From positions 1-64,000 of the forward strand of contig NIVC01002890.1 of assembly GCA_002269645.1 (NCBI GenBank): a DNA stretch of 64,000 nucleotides. Reading direction: 5' to 3'. Each line of letters opens with the position of its first letter. The first letter of the stretch is position 1. The notes under the pieces are model-generated. The model did not search any database, was not told the DNA's origin, and saw only the letters and a program-made list of their open reading frames with translations. The position numbers and the translations under genes are program-made. This DNA is from Macrostomum lignano. Taxonomy: Eukaryota. Positions 1 through 11,299 of this stretch are shown here, in pieces.

Positions 1-473
1 CTACTGAAAACAAAGAATTAGGCGCTCTACTTTTTTTACAAATTTAATTGCGAGTGACATGTCTAGTTATCCTACCTAGTATCATCTCTGGTTCTACCTA
101 GCTAATTGAATATCTGTCGAATTTTTCCCAGGTAAAGAACTTTACAATGCTTCTAGGTAGATCTGGGTGGCTGAATGTGCTTGTAGTGTTTATATTTTAC
201 TGCACATACGAGCTAAAATACTTTATGCGCTGTTGTCACCGTACACATGGCTGTTTACAATGTCGTAAGCTGAAGTATTATCCGAAGCTTTAGCTATTCT
301 GCTGCTAAATTATATACATCTGCTCTACTGAAGGACTTGTAGTCCGGGTCAGATTATAATGAGCTATTTTTTATTGGCATTGATTTCGTTCAGTTTACAG
401 TTGTAAATATGTTACTTTGCTTGTTGCTAGGGCTAAAAAACTTGCCTAACCACCAATAGTTTGTTCCTTGCAG

Positions 474-1231
474 TCAAATAACGGCGCAGGCGGTCAGCTT
501 CGCGAGCCCGAATGGCTAGTGAGGCTGCAGGCGGTGTCCCGGGGCTATTTGTTTCGGCGCCGACTCAACGATGCTAACCGTACTACTTTGAGCTGGCCTG
601 CGAGGCTGACGGCGACGTCAGGGCTGCCGCCGCTGTCGCCGCTGCCGGCTGTCGCCAGTGGACTTCCCAATGGCAGCGTCAGAAAAAGCTGAAGCGCAGG
701 CTAAACTAGAGGCTGAAGCGCAGGCTAAACTAGAAGCTGAAGCGCAGGCTAAACTAGAAGCTGAAGCGCAGGCTAAACTAGAAGCTCAAGCTCAAGCTAA
801 ACTAGAGGCTGAAGCGCAGGCTAAACTAGAAGCTGAAGCGCAGGCTAAACTAGAAGCTGAAGCGCAGGCTAAACTAGAAGCTCAAGCTCAAGCTAAACTA
901 GAGGCTGAAGCGCAGGCTAAACTAGAAGCTGAAGCGCAGGCTAAACTAGAGGCTGAAGCACAGGCTGACCTGGAGGCAGAAGGCGGATGTCAAACTCGAT
1001 GCCAGCACTCAGTACGACCCGGGCATTGCGGAAGTCGCAACAGAGACAGGCCAGCGAAAAGATGCTGACGCGGAAGTTGATGAAGAAAGCGTGAGCTGTT
1101 TGGACGAGTCGGCTCTATCCGGGTTGCGACAGCAGCTGCACTGGGAGCTGGTGTGGCTGGACCAGGCCATCGCCAGTAGGCGCCACTTCTTGCGCTTCCG
1201 CCGGCTGGCTGGCCAGGCTGGGCAGCAGTAG
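474..1231 (+). CDS. IQCC: IQ-motif protein, IQCC-like; no genomic ATG, internal 24-bp repeat
   Basis: After the acceptor TTCCTTGCAG (AG at 472-473) the frame reads SNNGAGGQLREPEWLVRLQAVSRGYLFRRRL (IQ motif). From 980 another frame reads KADVKLDAST...LRQQLHWELVWLDQAIASRRHFLRFRR, ending TAG 1229-1231, which resembles the IQCC C-terminal ELLWLQQAINSRKEYL motif as I recall it. The two parts join either by two 1-nt indels around the repeat or by an intron 678-979. AATAAA at 1403. Confidence 0.7.
688..965 (+). repeat. 24-bp tandem repeat (GCTGAAGCGCAGGCTAAACTAGAA), about 11.5 copies, translates as AEAQAKLE
   Basis: Visible directly; the GCTCAAGCTCAA variant recurs at 96-bp (4-unit) spacing. Confidence 0.95.
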
Positions 1232-2049
1232 CAGCTCTGCGCAACTTCCCAATTATACGCAGTTTGTTTTACTGCTTTTGCCCTGATGTTTTCGTATTTT
1301 GGATATTTCTGCGCAGGCCGCAGCTTGAGTTATGCGATACTCGTACTCTACTGAGTGTAAATATATATCTTTTCTGCTTGTTATTATTCATCCGGATGTG
1401 TCAATAAACACGGCATAGCTTAACTTTTGAATTTCAACTTTTAGATTGATTATAACATGTTTCTCCGACTTTATGTTACGTTAGAGAGATAGAAAACGAA
1501 CTCAAGTAGGTTGAATGTACGAGAGGCTTTGTCCGGAAAGCTCAGACACTCTAAAGCCAAGAGCAGAAACACGGTTCTTCTCGTATATTTTGGCCATGCT
1601 TTAAAAGCCAATTTAAGCTTCTGCCGCAACCTCCGCACTTCCCAGTTATCACGGCAGCCGGTTTCTTTCCCGCAATTTATGCCCCAACAGGGTCATTTAG
1701 AGGACAAAGGTCAGGCGCAGTCTCTTCCAGGGTCTTTCAAGGCAGTGCTTTTTTGATGCGATTGACGTGAGGGATGCTCAAGCGATGGGAGAGAAGTTTG
1801 TCGCTACAGGTGGAGAGTGAGACCGAGTTGAAAGACAACAATTTGATTCTTAAAGACGAATAATCGCTTTTTATATTGCTTGTTACTTTCACTGCAACTA
1901 TCTGTTGTTTTCCAAGCATAACTTTTTGTATGGAATGACCAAAATATGCGAGCTTGAAGCGTCAGAACTTTTCCGGACAGTTGTTATCAACAGACAATGA
2001 AAATATAATTGCAGCCCGTAACTCGCAACTGCCTATCAGCGATCACGTG

Positions 2050-2933
2050 ATGCCGCTTGACCGCTACCGCAATACAGCCTTGGTTGATGGCATCGATGTG
2101 CGCGCCCTGCCGCTGGCTGGCGACAGCCCGGCCCAGCTAGCCAAGGCAAACAGCAGCAGCAGCAGCAGCAGCACTGGTTTCAGCGCCGTCTAGTCCAAGA
2201 CACTGTCGGTCCGGCTATGTAGAATTTGGCGACACCAAAGTCCTGTGCTCAGTGCACGGCCCAATGGAGCCCAAGCGGTCTGTATTGACTGATGCAGGCG
2301 CTGAGCAGTCTCGAGCCCAGCTGCAGGTGTATTACAAATTGGCACCATTTGCCTCTCATCAAGCTGGCCGAGTTTCTTACCTGCCCGACGAAACTGAGAG
2401 ACGCGCGGCCAGCTTTCTACAGGTGAGATCCTTATTCTTGATTGGAATTTTACTTTGCACTCTTTACTCTATAAGTCTCCATCGTAATTGTGTGCTCAAA
2501 TATTAACCGACTTTACTCAGGACACTCTGGCACCATCGCTGCGGCTGGATCGGCTGCCCAAGTCGCGCATCGAGCTGCACTGCTTGGTGCTGGAGGACGC
2601 CGGCTGTTGCCTAGCAACCGCCGTTAATTGCGCCTGCCTAGCTCTGTGGATGCCGGCCTAGAGATGTACGACTTGGTTACCGCGGCCACTGTCTGCCGGC
2701 CTGTTGGCGCCACCGACTGGCAGCTGGAGGTCGGCGACGGCTCGAACAGCGGCGGCAGCAGCTCGGTGACTCTGGCCTACATGCGCAGCCTGCGCCAGGT
2801 GGCCGGCATGCTGGTTGAGGCTGCCGAGCCGCTGCAGCCCAGAGAGGTCAGTGCCGCATGCCGGATTTGCGAGGATCCGTGCAAGATGACGCACAGCAGT
2901 CTGCGCCAGTTTCTGCTGCTGTCTGCCGGCTGA
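2050..2933 (+). CDS. EXOSC6: Exosome complex component MTR3 (RNase PH fold), 2 exons (2050-2422, 2521-2933), two apparent 1-nt indels
   Basis: Motifs MPLDRYR, SGYVEFGDTKVLCSVHGP, PKSRIELHCLVLEDAG, DAGLEMYDLV and LAYMRSLRQVAGML match the MTR3/Rrp41 family, best MTR3. The intron 2423-2520 is GTGAGA...TACTCAG (98 nt). Frame breaks near 2145 and 2647. Confidence 0.85.
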
Positions 2934-3295
2934 CGACAGGACGGCAAAGATTGCGTAATCTTGAATGCCCAATGACAGTCTGGCTTTTGCATTTCTGCTA
3001 TGCACTCATAGTATTCCAATGCGTACTGTTGCTAAATAGGGTCACAGCAGACTTAAAAAAAGATATGACCTCTTTTTCCCATTGACAGTTGATGGGCATA
3101 AATAAAATTGCAATATTTATAGTTTCTTTGCATGAATTTTTTGCCTAATAAATTTGATAATTTTTACTTTATTAAGTATTTTTGCCTGTATTGTGAATAT
3201 CTGGGTTTAAGTTGATTTTATTCTTCGAAATTGCTTTGCAGCTTATTTGGCATTCAAGCTCTTCTCACTGACTGGTTCGCGATAAATCACAGCGC

Positions 3296-6200
3296 ATGTC
3301 CGCCACGGAGCCGCCAGAGCAGGCGCACGATGTTCTGCCAGGTAGCCGCGACTCTGGCCAGGCAGGCGGCCTCGTTGTGCGCAGCGGCGCCGGCGCCCGC
3401 CGCTGGCCAACACGAGGCCACAGGCGGCCTGGCCGCTGGCGGCATCCAGTTCAAGAAGCCAGCCGACCGTCAGCCGCCACCGCAGTCCTCGCGGCCGTCG
3501 CTGCTCGGATTGGACAAGCTGGCGGCCCGGAAGCGCGAGGAAGCCGCCGCCGCAGCAGCAGCTGGCCCGGCGCTAAAAAGTACCGCGAGCTGCGCCAGAA
3601 ACGCCAGCCTCGCAGCGGTCCGATATCGCCGACATCCCGCGCCCGGAGCTGAAGGCGCCGCGCCGGCAGAGCGCGGGATCGTTGCTGCCAGATCCTCTTC
3701 TGGCGGCGGCGGCGGCGGCGGCAGCCGCTCGGAACGGAGGCGCCGCTACGACGAGTGGAGCGAGACACGTCCACGCGCCGGGAGGCGGACGATTCGGGCT
3801 CGCCCTACTACCGGACCCCAAAGCATCTGAGCGCCAATGAGGCGACTCCATCGCGTGAGAATTGGGATGTCGAAAGCAGGGCCGGCGAAGGCGGCAGAGG
3901 CTCCTTCGAATACACCCCGATGCCAACGCCGACTTACAAGCGCGACTACGCGCAGTCGGGATCGTCGGAGAGGTACCGACAGCATTGCCGGCAGCGAGCG
4001 TAGGCAAGATCAGCTTGATAACGAAGACTGGGAGCAGGAGCAGAAGCGGCTCGACAGGTAAATAATCATTGATTCAAGCGATACCGTGACAAGCATTGCT
4101 AAAAAGACGTTGCAAATAACTCTATAGTGACTCTAGCGACTCTTGAGACTTTTAACGACACAAAAGCGTCTAATCAGACGAAGAGGCGATTGTTGCGACA
4201 CAAGCGCGTCACGTCAGTTGTAGAATCGTGAAAGTGTCGGTCCAGAATCGTTATACTGTCTCCCCAGAGTCACTAGAGTCGCCCCAGAGTCACTAGAGTC
4301 GCCCCAGAGTCACTAGAGTCGCCCCAGAGTCACTAGAGTCGCCCCAGAGTCACTAGAGTCGCCCCAGAGTCACTAGAGTCGCCCCAGAGTCACTAGAGTC
4401 GCCCCAGAGTCACTAGAGTCGCCCCAGAGTCACTAGAGTCGCCCCAGAGTCACTAGAGTCGCCCCAGAGTCACTAGAGTCGCCCCAGAGTCACTAGAGTC
4501 GCCCCAGAGTCACTAGAGTCGCCCCAGAGTCACTAGAGTCGCCCCAGAGTCACTAGAGTCGCCCCAGAGTCACTAGAGTCGCCCCAGAGTCACTAGAGTC
4601 GCCCCAGAGTCACTAGAGTCGCCCCAGAGTCACTAGAGTCGCCCCAGAGTCACAGTCACAAAGACGCTTAAAAGTGCTTTTTGGGTGATTAACGACTTTT
4701 TGGCAATTTTTATCGTGACTTTTCATCGTTTTAGAGTCGTTTAGAGTTATTTATTTTCTATTTTACTCGTACCTACCGGTATGTCATCTGCAATGACTCT
4801 GAAAAGACTGGGATGCTTCTTGCCCTAGGTACCGTTCTTATCGGTGATAGCCTGATTCCAATGCAGCTGGATTTCCGGATTTGCTAATTTGCCCGCAGGC
4901 AGTGGTACCAAATGGACGAGGGCTTCGACGACGAGAATAATCCATTCCCGGACGTGTCGCAGGAATACGTTGAGAAGCGCGAGCGGGAATTGCGCAAACA
5001 GCAGCAACAGCAGCGCAAGTGTCGCTCGGCGGCGGCGCAGCAGACTCAGAAGGACAACGTGGCCTGGGAGGAGAACCGAATGCTCCGATCGGGCGTGGTG
5101 CAAAAGACTCAGCTGGATGAGGATCTTGTAAGTGAGAAGCCAGATTCATAGTCAAGCGCCAATGACAAGCCAGATTCATAGTCAAGCGCCAATGACAAGC
5201 CAGATTCATAGTTAGGCGCCAATGAGAAGCCAGATTCATAGTTAAGCGCCAATGACAAGCCAGATTCATAGTTAAGCGCCAATGACAAGCCAGATTCATA
5301 GTTAGGCGCCAATGAGAAGCCAGATTCATAGTTAAGGCCAATGACAAGCCAGATTCATAGTCAAGCGCCAATGACAAGCCAGATTTATAGTTAAACACCA
5401 ATGACAAGCCAGATTTATAGTTAAACACCAATGACAAGCCAGATTCATAATTAGGCGCCAATGACAAGCCAGATTCATAGTCAAGCGCCAATGACAAGCC
5501 AGATTCATAGTTAAGCGCCAATGACAAGCCAGATTTATAGTTAAACACCAATGACAAGCCAGATTCATAATTAGGCGCCAATGACAAGCCAGATTCATAG
5601 TCAAGCGCCAATGACAAGCCGGATTCATAGTTAAGCGCCAATGACAAGCCAGATTCATAGTTAAGCGCCAATGACAAGCCAGATTTATAGTTAAACACCA
5701 ATGACAAGCCAGATTCATAATTAGGCGCCAATGACAAGCCAGATTCATAGTCAAGCGCCAATGACAAGCCGGATTCATAGTTAGGCGCCAATGACAAGCC
5801 AGATTCATAGTTAGCGCCAATAACCGAACTTCAGGACGATGAAATCGGCGCCCGCGTGCACCTGTTGGTGCGCAACATTGTGCCGCCCTTCCTGGACGGC
5901 CGTATCGTGTTCACCAGGCAGCCGGAGCCGGTCGTCCCCGTGCGCGACCCCACCAGCGACATGGCCATGGTGTGCAAGAACGGCTCGGCGCTTGTCCGGT
6001 CTTGGCGCGAGCAGCGCGAACGACGCCGAGCTCAAAAGAAGGAGTGGCAGCTGGCCGGCACCAGAATTGGCGACATCATGGGCGTCAAGCGGCCTGAGGA
6101 AGCCGAGCGCGAGGAGCACCTTGGCGGTGATGAAGGCGGCGACGGCCGTTCCAGTCACACATTCCGCGACAAGATGCTTGCTGATGACAGTTCAGCCTCG

Positions 6201-9200
6201 AGGACTCCGGAAGCCGCTAAAGCTGCATTCGCTAAACTGCAGCGTCAACGAAAATGCTTGCCAGTGTTTGCTGTGCGACACAAGCTGCTCAGAATTATCC
6301 GCGACCATCCCATTGTTGTGAGTATGCCAAATGTCTGTCAATATTTTCAAATAGTATTATGACCTGCTATTACAAAAATCGCGTAAAATTTATAGAGCTT
6401 TATATGCTTATTGGAAACTCTGAAGGCCAGATATTGGCAATTTAACTTAAATTGCCCTTGATTTGAACTCTGATGATGATAAACCATTGGTTTGAGCCTG
6501 CAGGTGATAGTAGGCGAGACCGGCTGCGGCAAGACCACGCAGCTGACTCAATACCTGCACGAGGAGGGCTACACCAAGTTCGGCATGATCGGCTGCACAC
6601 AGCCTCGCCGAGTGGCCGCGATGAGCGTTGCTAAGCGCGTTGCCGAGGAGTTCGGCACCGAACTCGGCCAGAAAGTCGGCTACTCGATCCGCTTCGAGGA
6701 CTGCACGGGACCGGACACGCTCATCAAGTACATGACAGACGGTATCCTGCTGCGCGAGTCTCTCAGGGAGCCGGACCTGGACCACTACGCCTGCCTCATC
6801 CTGGATGAAGCTCACGAGCGCTCGCTCAGCACTGACGTTTTGCTAGGCCTGCTGCGCGAGATTGTGCGCCGGCGCAACGACCTTCGCCTGATTGTTACCA
6901 GCGCTACAATGGACGCTGGCAAGTTCTCAGCTTTCTTTGGCGATGTGCCAGTGTTTGAGATACCCGGCCGCACCTACCCGGTTGATGTGCTGTTCTCAAA
7001 GACTCCAGGTGGAAGACTATGTTGATGCGGCAGTGAAGCAGGTTGTACAGGTGAGTGTGGGATCTGGCTGCGTCTGCTTTGCTGTCGCTTGTGCTACTAA
7101 ATTGCCTGCTGTACCACAAATGAATGAACCTTAAGCAGTATAGAGTTTGGCTGAGTCCAGCTACCCGGTCTAACATTGTTTTCCCCGAGTCTAGTAGCAA
7201 TTTAGACACTGTTTCTGTTTAGGGAGGGCCTTAGCCCAGCGCGGCGCTCTGATGTGCCAGCGATCCAGTCTCAATTCCAAGTTCAGTCATTAATGTGGCT
7301 CTGCTCGTGCAATTAACGGCCTTGAGGGCCAATCCCCAAGGCACAGTGAAGTGTACATGCCTAACGATAAATAAAGTTAGGGCCGCTGTACACTCCTGTG
7401 TGAGTGTGTGCCTGTGCGTATGACATATCCGCGCGCTTGTGTGCCTGTTCAGGGAAGTCGGCGGAATGGGCAGTAATGCCTCTCTCCGGTTGTGTGACAA
7501 TGTCGCTTAAAGTGCGATTCGCAAATATGAGGGCCAACTCCCAAGACTCAGAGTGTACATGATTGACGATGAGAAAGTTCGGGGCTGCTGTACACCCTGG
7601 GTGAGCTTGTGCCCGCGTGTATGCGATCATAAGCATAGGTATGATAATTGCTACTCAAACTTAGCAATTGTAACCAACCTGCTCAGGTGCACATCGGCTG
7701 CGCCCCCGGTGACATCCTGGTGTTCATGCCCGGCCAAGAGGACATTGAAGTCACCTGCGAGAAGATCAAGGAACGCCTTGACGATCTGGAATCCGCCCCG
7801 GAGCTGACGGTGCTGCCAATTTACTCGCAGCTGCCGGCGGACCTGCAGGCGAAGATCTTTCAGAAGGCGCCAGAAGGTGTGCGCAAATGCGTGGTTGCCA
7901 CCAACATTGCTGAGACTTCGCTCACTGTTGACGGGATCTGCTACGTTATTGACCCCGGTTACTGCAAGTTGAAGGTGTTCAATCCTAAGATTGGCATGGA
8001 CGCGCTGCAGGTGGGGTTATAGTCTTGTTTTCATCTTTTTTCATTTAGTTTTGCATCTGGATGTTAATTGTAATGCACAGAAGACATGTTGATCTATCTA
8101 TAATTGATTCAATAGATGAAATCTAATTGATTTTATTGACCTGTATTTTAATTCGTACCGGTATATTCTCTTGCATCCTGTCATTCACCCGGATCTCCTC
8201 TCTGATCCGGGGTCATTCACCCAGATCTCCTCTCATCCGGGGGTCATTCACCCGGATCCCCTCTCTGATCCGGGGTCATTAACCCGGATCTCCTCTCTGG
8301 TTGTGTCATTCACCCAAATCTCCTCTTTGACCCGGGTCATTCACCCGGATCCCCTCTCTGATCCAGGGTCATTCACCCGGATCTCCTCTCTGATCTGGTG
8401 TCATTCACCCGGATCTCCTCTCTGATCTGGTGTCATTCACCCGGATCTCCTCTCTGATCTGGTGTCATTCACCCGGATCCCCTCTCTGATGGGGTCATTC
8501 GACATGAGGTCAGGCCAAAATGTGAATAACATTCGCAGAACTCTGCCATCGCCAGGTGTTCCCAGTCAGCCAGGCCAACGCCAAGCAGCGCAGCGGTCGA
8601 GCGGGCCGCACCCAGAGTGGCCAGTGCTACCGGCTTTACACTATGCGCCAATTCAACGAGGAAATGCTACTAGCCAGCGTGCCGGAGATTCAGCGCACCA
8701 ACCTGGCCAATGTTGTGCTGCTGCTGAAGTCACTTGGCGTTCAGGACCTCATGACGTTCGGCTTCATGGACCGCCGCCGCAGGACAATATCCTGCAGTCC
8801 ATGTACCAGTTGTGGCTGCTGGGCGCTTTGGACAACACAGGCGGTCTCACCCGGCTCGGCAGGCAGATGGTGGAGTTCCCGCTGGACCCGGCTCTGTCCA
8901 AGATGCTCATTACAAGCATTGAGATGGGCTGCAGCGAGGAGATTCTCACAGTTGTGAGCATGCTCAGCGTGCCGTCTGTCTTCTACCGGCCCAAGGGTCG
9001 CGAGGAAGACTCTGACGCTCAGCGAGAGAAATTTCAGGTCAGGCATGGAATATTTTTTCTGTAAATAACTGTTAAAATAAAATAAAAATTTGTTTGATTT
9101 TTTAAAATAACATGCCTTTTCGAGTTTTTGCACCAAAACTGAAATCCTAACACCTAGGCTTTTTGCTAAAGGTCTTCTAATGTACTTTTATTGGCAAGGT

Positions 9201-10322
9201 GGGTTGGGAAATTAATTTGTCCGTGCGTCGAATCGAGCCCAGGCTCTTTGGCGCGAAAGACAGGACTTGCTGAGCAGTATTCATACCCGCATAATACTAA
9301 CGGGGGTTGTAGCCTAGTGGTTAGAGCGTCGGTGTCACGACTGAAAGGTCGGGGGTTCGATTCTCGAACCACTCGAAACAATTTGTGTCCTTGAGCAAGA
9401 CACTTAACTCTGCATTGCTTCAGTTCACCCAGCTGTAAAATGGGTGCCAGCATTAGCTGGGGTAATTGAGGGTGTGTGTGGCGACCCCCAGTCGTGGGAC
9501 TGAACAGCCGTACGCAGCCTTCAGATGTGCCGCGCAATAGCTGCGGCTGAGCTGTCGGTTGCACATCTGACCCAATTGGGGCAGGTGTAATCAATTGTCA
9601 TTTTTTCAAACAGTGTTTATGCATTCCGAGATTCACCTTCACTCACGCAGGTGCCCGAATCGGACCACATGACGCTGCTGAATGTGTACAACCTGTGGCG
9701 CCGGGCTGGCTACTCCAAGTCCTGGTGCACCGACCATTTTATCCACGCCAAGTCGATGCTGAAGGCGCGCGAAGTCCGCCAGCAGCTGAAGGAGATCATG
9801 GAGCAGCAGAAGATGCCGCTAAAGTCCTGTCGCGGCGACTGGGATCCGGCCAGGAAGTGCGTCTGCTCGGCCTTCTTCCACCAGGCCTGCCGCATCAAGG
9901 GCCTCGGCCAATACGTGAACCTGCGCACCGGGATGCCGTGCCACCTGCACCCCACCGCCGCGCTCTACTCCATGGGAGTCACGCCGGATTATGTAGTCTA
10001 CCACGAGCTGATCATGACCAGCAAGGAGTTCATGCAGTGCGTCACGGCCGTGGAGGCCGAGTGGCTGGCCGAGATGGGCCCGATGTTCTACTCGCTGAAG
10101 GACCAGACAAAGTCTCGGGCGGAGCGGCGCCGCGAGGAGGTGCAGGAGCTCGGCAAGATGGAGCGGGAGATGCAGGAGGCGGAGACGGCTATGCGGCAGC
10201 GCGCTGAGGAGGCCGCCGATGCCGATGCCGCCGTGACCGCCTCCGCTCGCCAGCGCATCGCCACGCCGGGCCTGTTCGGCCAGCGGTCGGAGCGCAGGCG
10301 GCCGCACACCTTCGACTTTTGA
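3296..10322 (+). CDS. DHX38: Pre-mRNA splicing DEAH-box helicase PRP16. Exons 3296-4057, 4899-5127, 5835-6317, 6504-7050, 7687-8010, 8556-9037, 9651-10322
   Basis: GETGCGKTT Walker [20 protein letters not shown] ([11 protein letters not shown]), [13 protein letters not shown] and QRSGRAGR. Also the PRP16-type N-terminal [12 protein letters not shown] and [19 protein letters not shown], and the HA2/OB C-terminus. All introns are GT-AG. Several 1-nt indels in exons 1, 4 and 6. Confidence 0.95.
4262..4653. repeat. 20-bp minisatellite (GCCCCAGAGTCACTAGAGTC), about 19 copies, DHX38 intron 1
   Basis: Near-perfect tandem array; the flanks carry the motif in inverted orientation. Confidence 0.97.
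5133..5819. repeat. 30-bp minisatellite (TGACAAGCCAGATTCATAGTCAAGCGCCAA), about 23 copies, filling DHX38 intron 2
   Basis: Begins 5 nt after the GT donor at 5128 and ends about 15 nt before the AG at 5833-5834. Confidence 0.97.
7308..7505. repeat. Dispersed repeat, copy A (inverted relative to 11300-11527), DHX38 intron 4
   Basis: CAGTGAAGTGTACATGCCTAACGATAAATAAAGTTAGGGCCGCTGTACACTC is the reverse complement of 11416-11470. A degenerate second copy follows at 7525-7640. Confidence 0.8.
8178..8500. repeat. About 32-bp minisatellite (GTCATTCACCCGGATCTCCTCTCTGATCCGGG), about 10 copies, DHX38 intron 5
   Basis: Visible tandem array. Confidence 0.9.
9302..9610 (+). mobile_element. tRNA-derived CORE-type SINE in DHX38 intron 6
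   Basis: A box TAGCCTAGTGG (9310-9320) and B box GGTTCGATTCT (9354-9364). Then TTGTGTCCTTGAGCAAGACACTTAACTCTGCATTGCTTCAGTTCACCCAGCTGTAAAATGGGT (9383-9445), which aligns with the MIR/CORE consensus TGTGACCTTGGGCAAGTCACTTAACCTCTCTGTGCCTCAGTTTCCTCATCTGTAAAATGGG. A structured 3' part and T-run follow. TSD not identified. Confidence 0.75.
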
Positions 10323-10779
10323 TGATTAGGGCCAGTGCTGGTGCAGCGATGGCAACCCAAGCCTTTGTGTGGCCTCTCTGAGGCTTTGGAAAAATGCGTT
10401 TATTAATATAAGTGAAAAACTATTACATGCCATTTGTCTCTAGTGCTTCATTGAATTGCGTATTGTATATTTTTCATATTTATTCAGTGCTTGATTTGGT
10501 GTTTTACATTCATGTATAATAAAATCACACGCCGCACTGTCTAGATCCTCTAAGTTTGAGTGCTGTTAGAAATCAGTATATTGTTATCCGTCCAGTAGTT
10601 TAATAATTAATTAGTGTCTTTTGCATACCAAGGCTTTAAATTGTATGCAACTATTGACAGTGGTCATCAATCCAGCTGCTTTGGTTTGAAGATTCTATTA
10701 TCAATGAGATTTATAGTGCTTTTATTACTCGTAGTTAGTTCTAGAGGAGCTTTTGAGCCCTACGCCACAAAATAAGATG

Positions 10780-10855
10780 GAAATGTAAAGCGAATGGAAC
10801 CAGGGGCCGCGGTGCGCGATGCGTTTGCCACTGAGCTGCTCTGCCCCCCGGCTAA
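10780..10855 (-). mobile_element. Possible degenerate tRNA-like SINE head
   Basis: The minus strand has GCAGCTCAGTGG (A-box-like) about 30 nt upstream of GGTTCCATTC (B-box-like). No body recognised. Confidence 0.25.
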
Positions 10856-11299
10856 AAACCAGTTTACATTACTGTTAGTAGCTCTGCGAACGGAAAGGTA
10901 ATTCCTGTGGAAAAGGCTCCAAAAAATCTTATAAACCATCCTTACGTAGTTACCCCTCTGAATCGTTATTAATATCTTAACATTAGTGACTTAGTCAGAC
11001 AACTTTCAGCTGTATCGGGATATATCGACTCAGAAAATCCTAATAAACTGCAACCCCATTATTCCATAGATCGAACCTAAAGTTCGCCCTGACAACACAC
11101 AGGTCATTCTTAATTGAACACTAGCATCTTAAGGCCTATCTTTGGCAAGTTAGCATTACAGTGATCATGGCCATCAAATACAGGAACTGTTAGTATAACA
11201 TCTCCGTGATGGCATCATCAGGAAAAGTGATTGGCTCTCATACGTGTATCTTTTTTATCAGAGGCAGGGAGCTGAGTGCACCCTTGGCGCACTGTAACC

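Noticed and set aside
4838-5820. Long repetitive ORFs (ESGLSLAL...) on the minus strand
   Set aside because: They are translations of the intronic 30-bp minisatellite, antisense to DHX38.
9302-9375. Functional tRNA gene
   Set aside because: A and B boxes are present, but the anticodon loop is 6 nt, the acceptor stem does not close, there is no T-run terminator after the T arm, and a CORE-SINE body follows.
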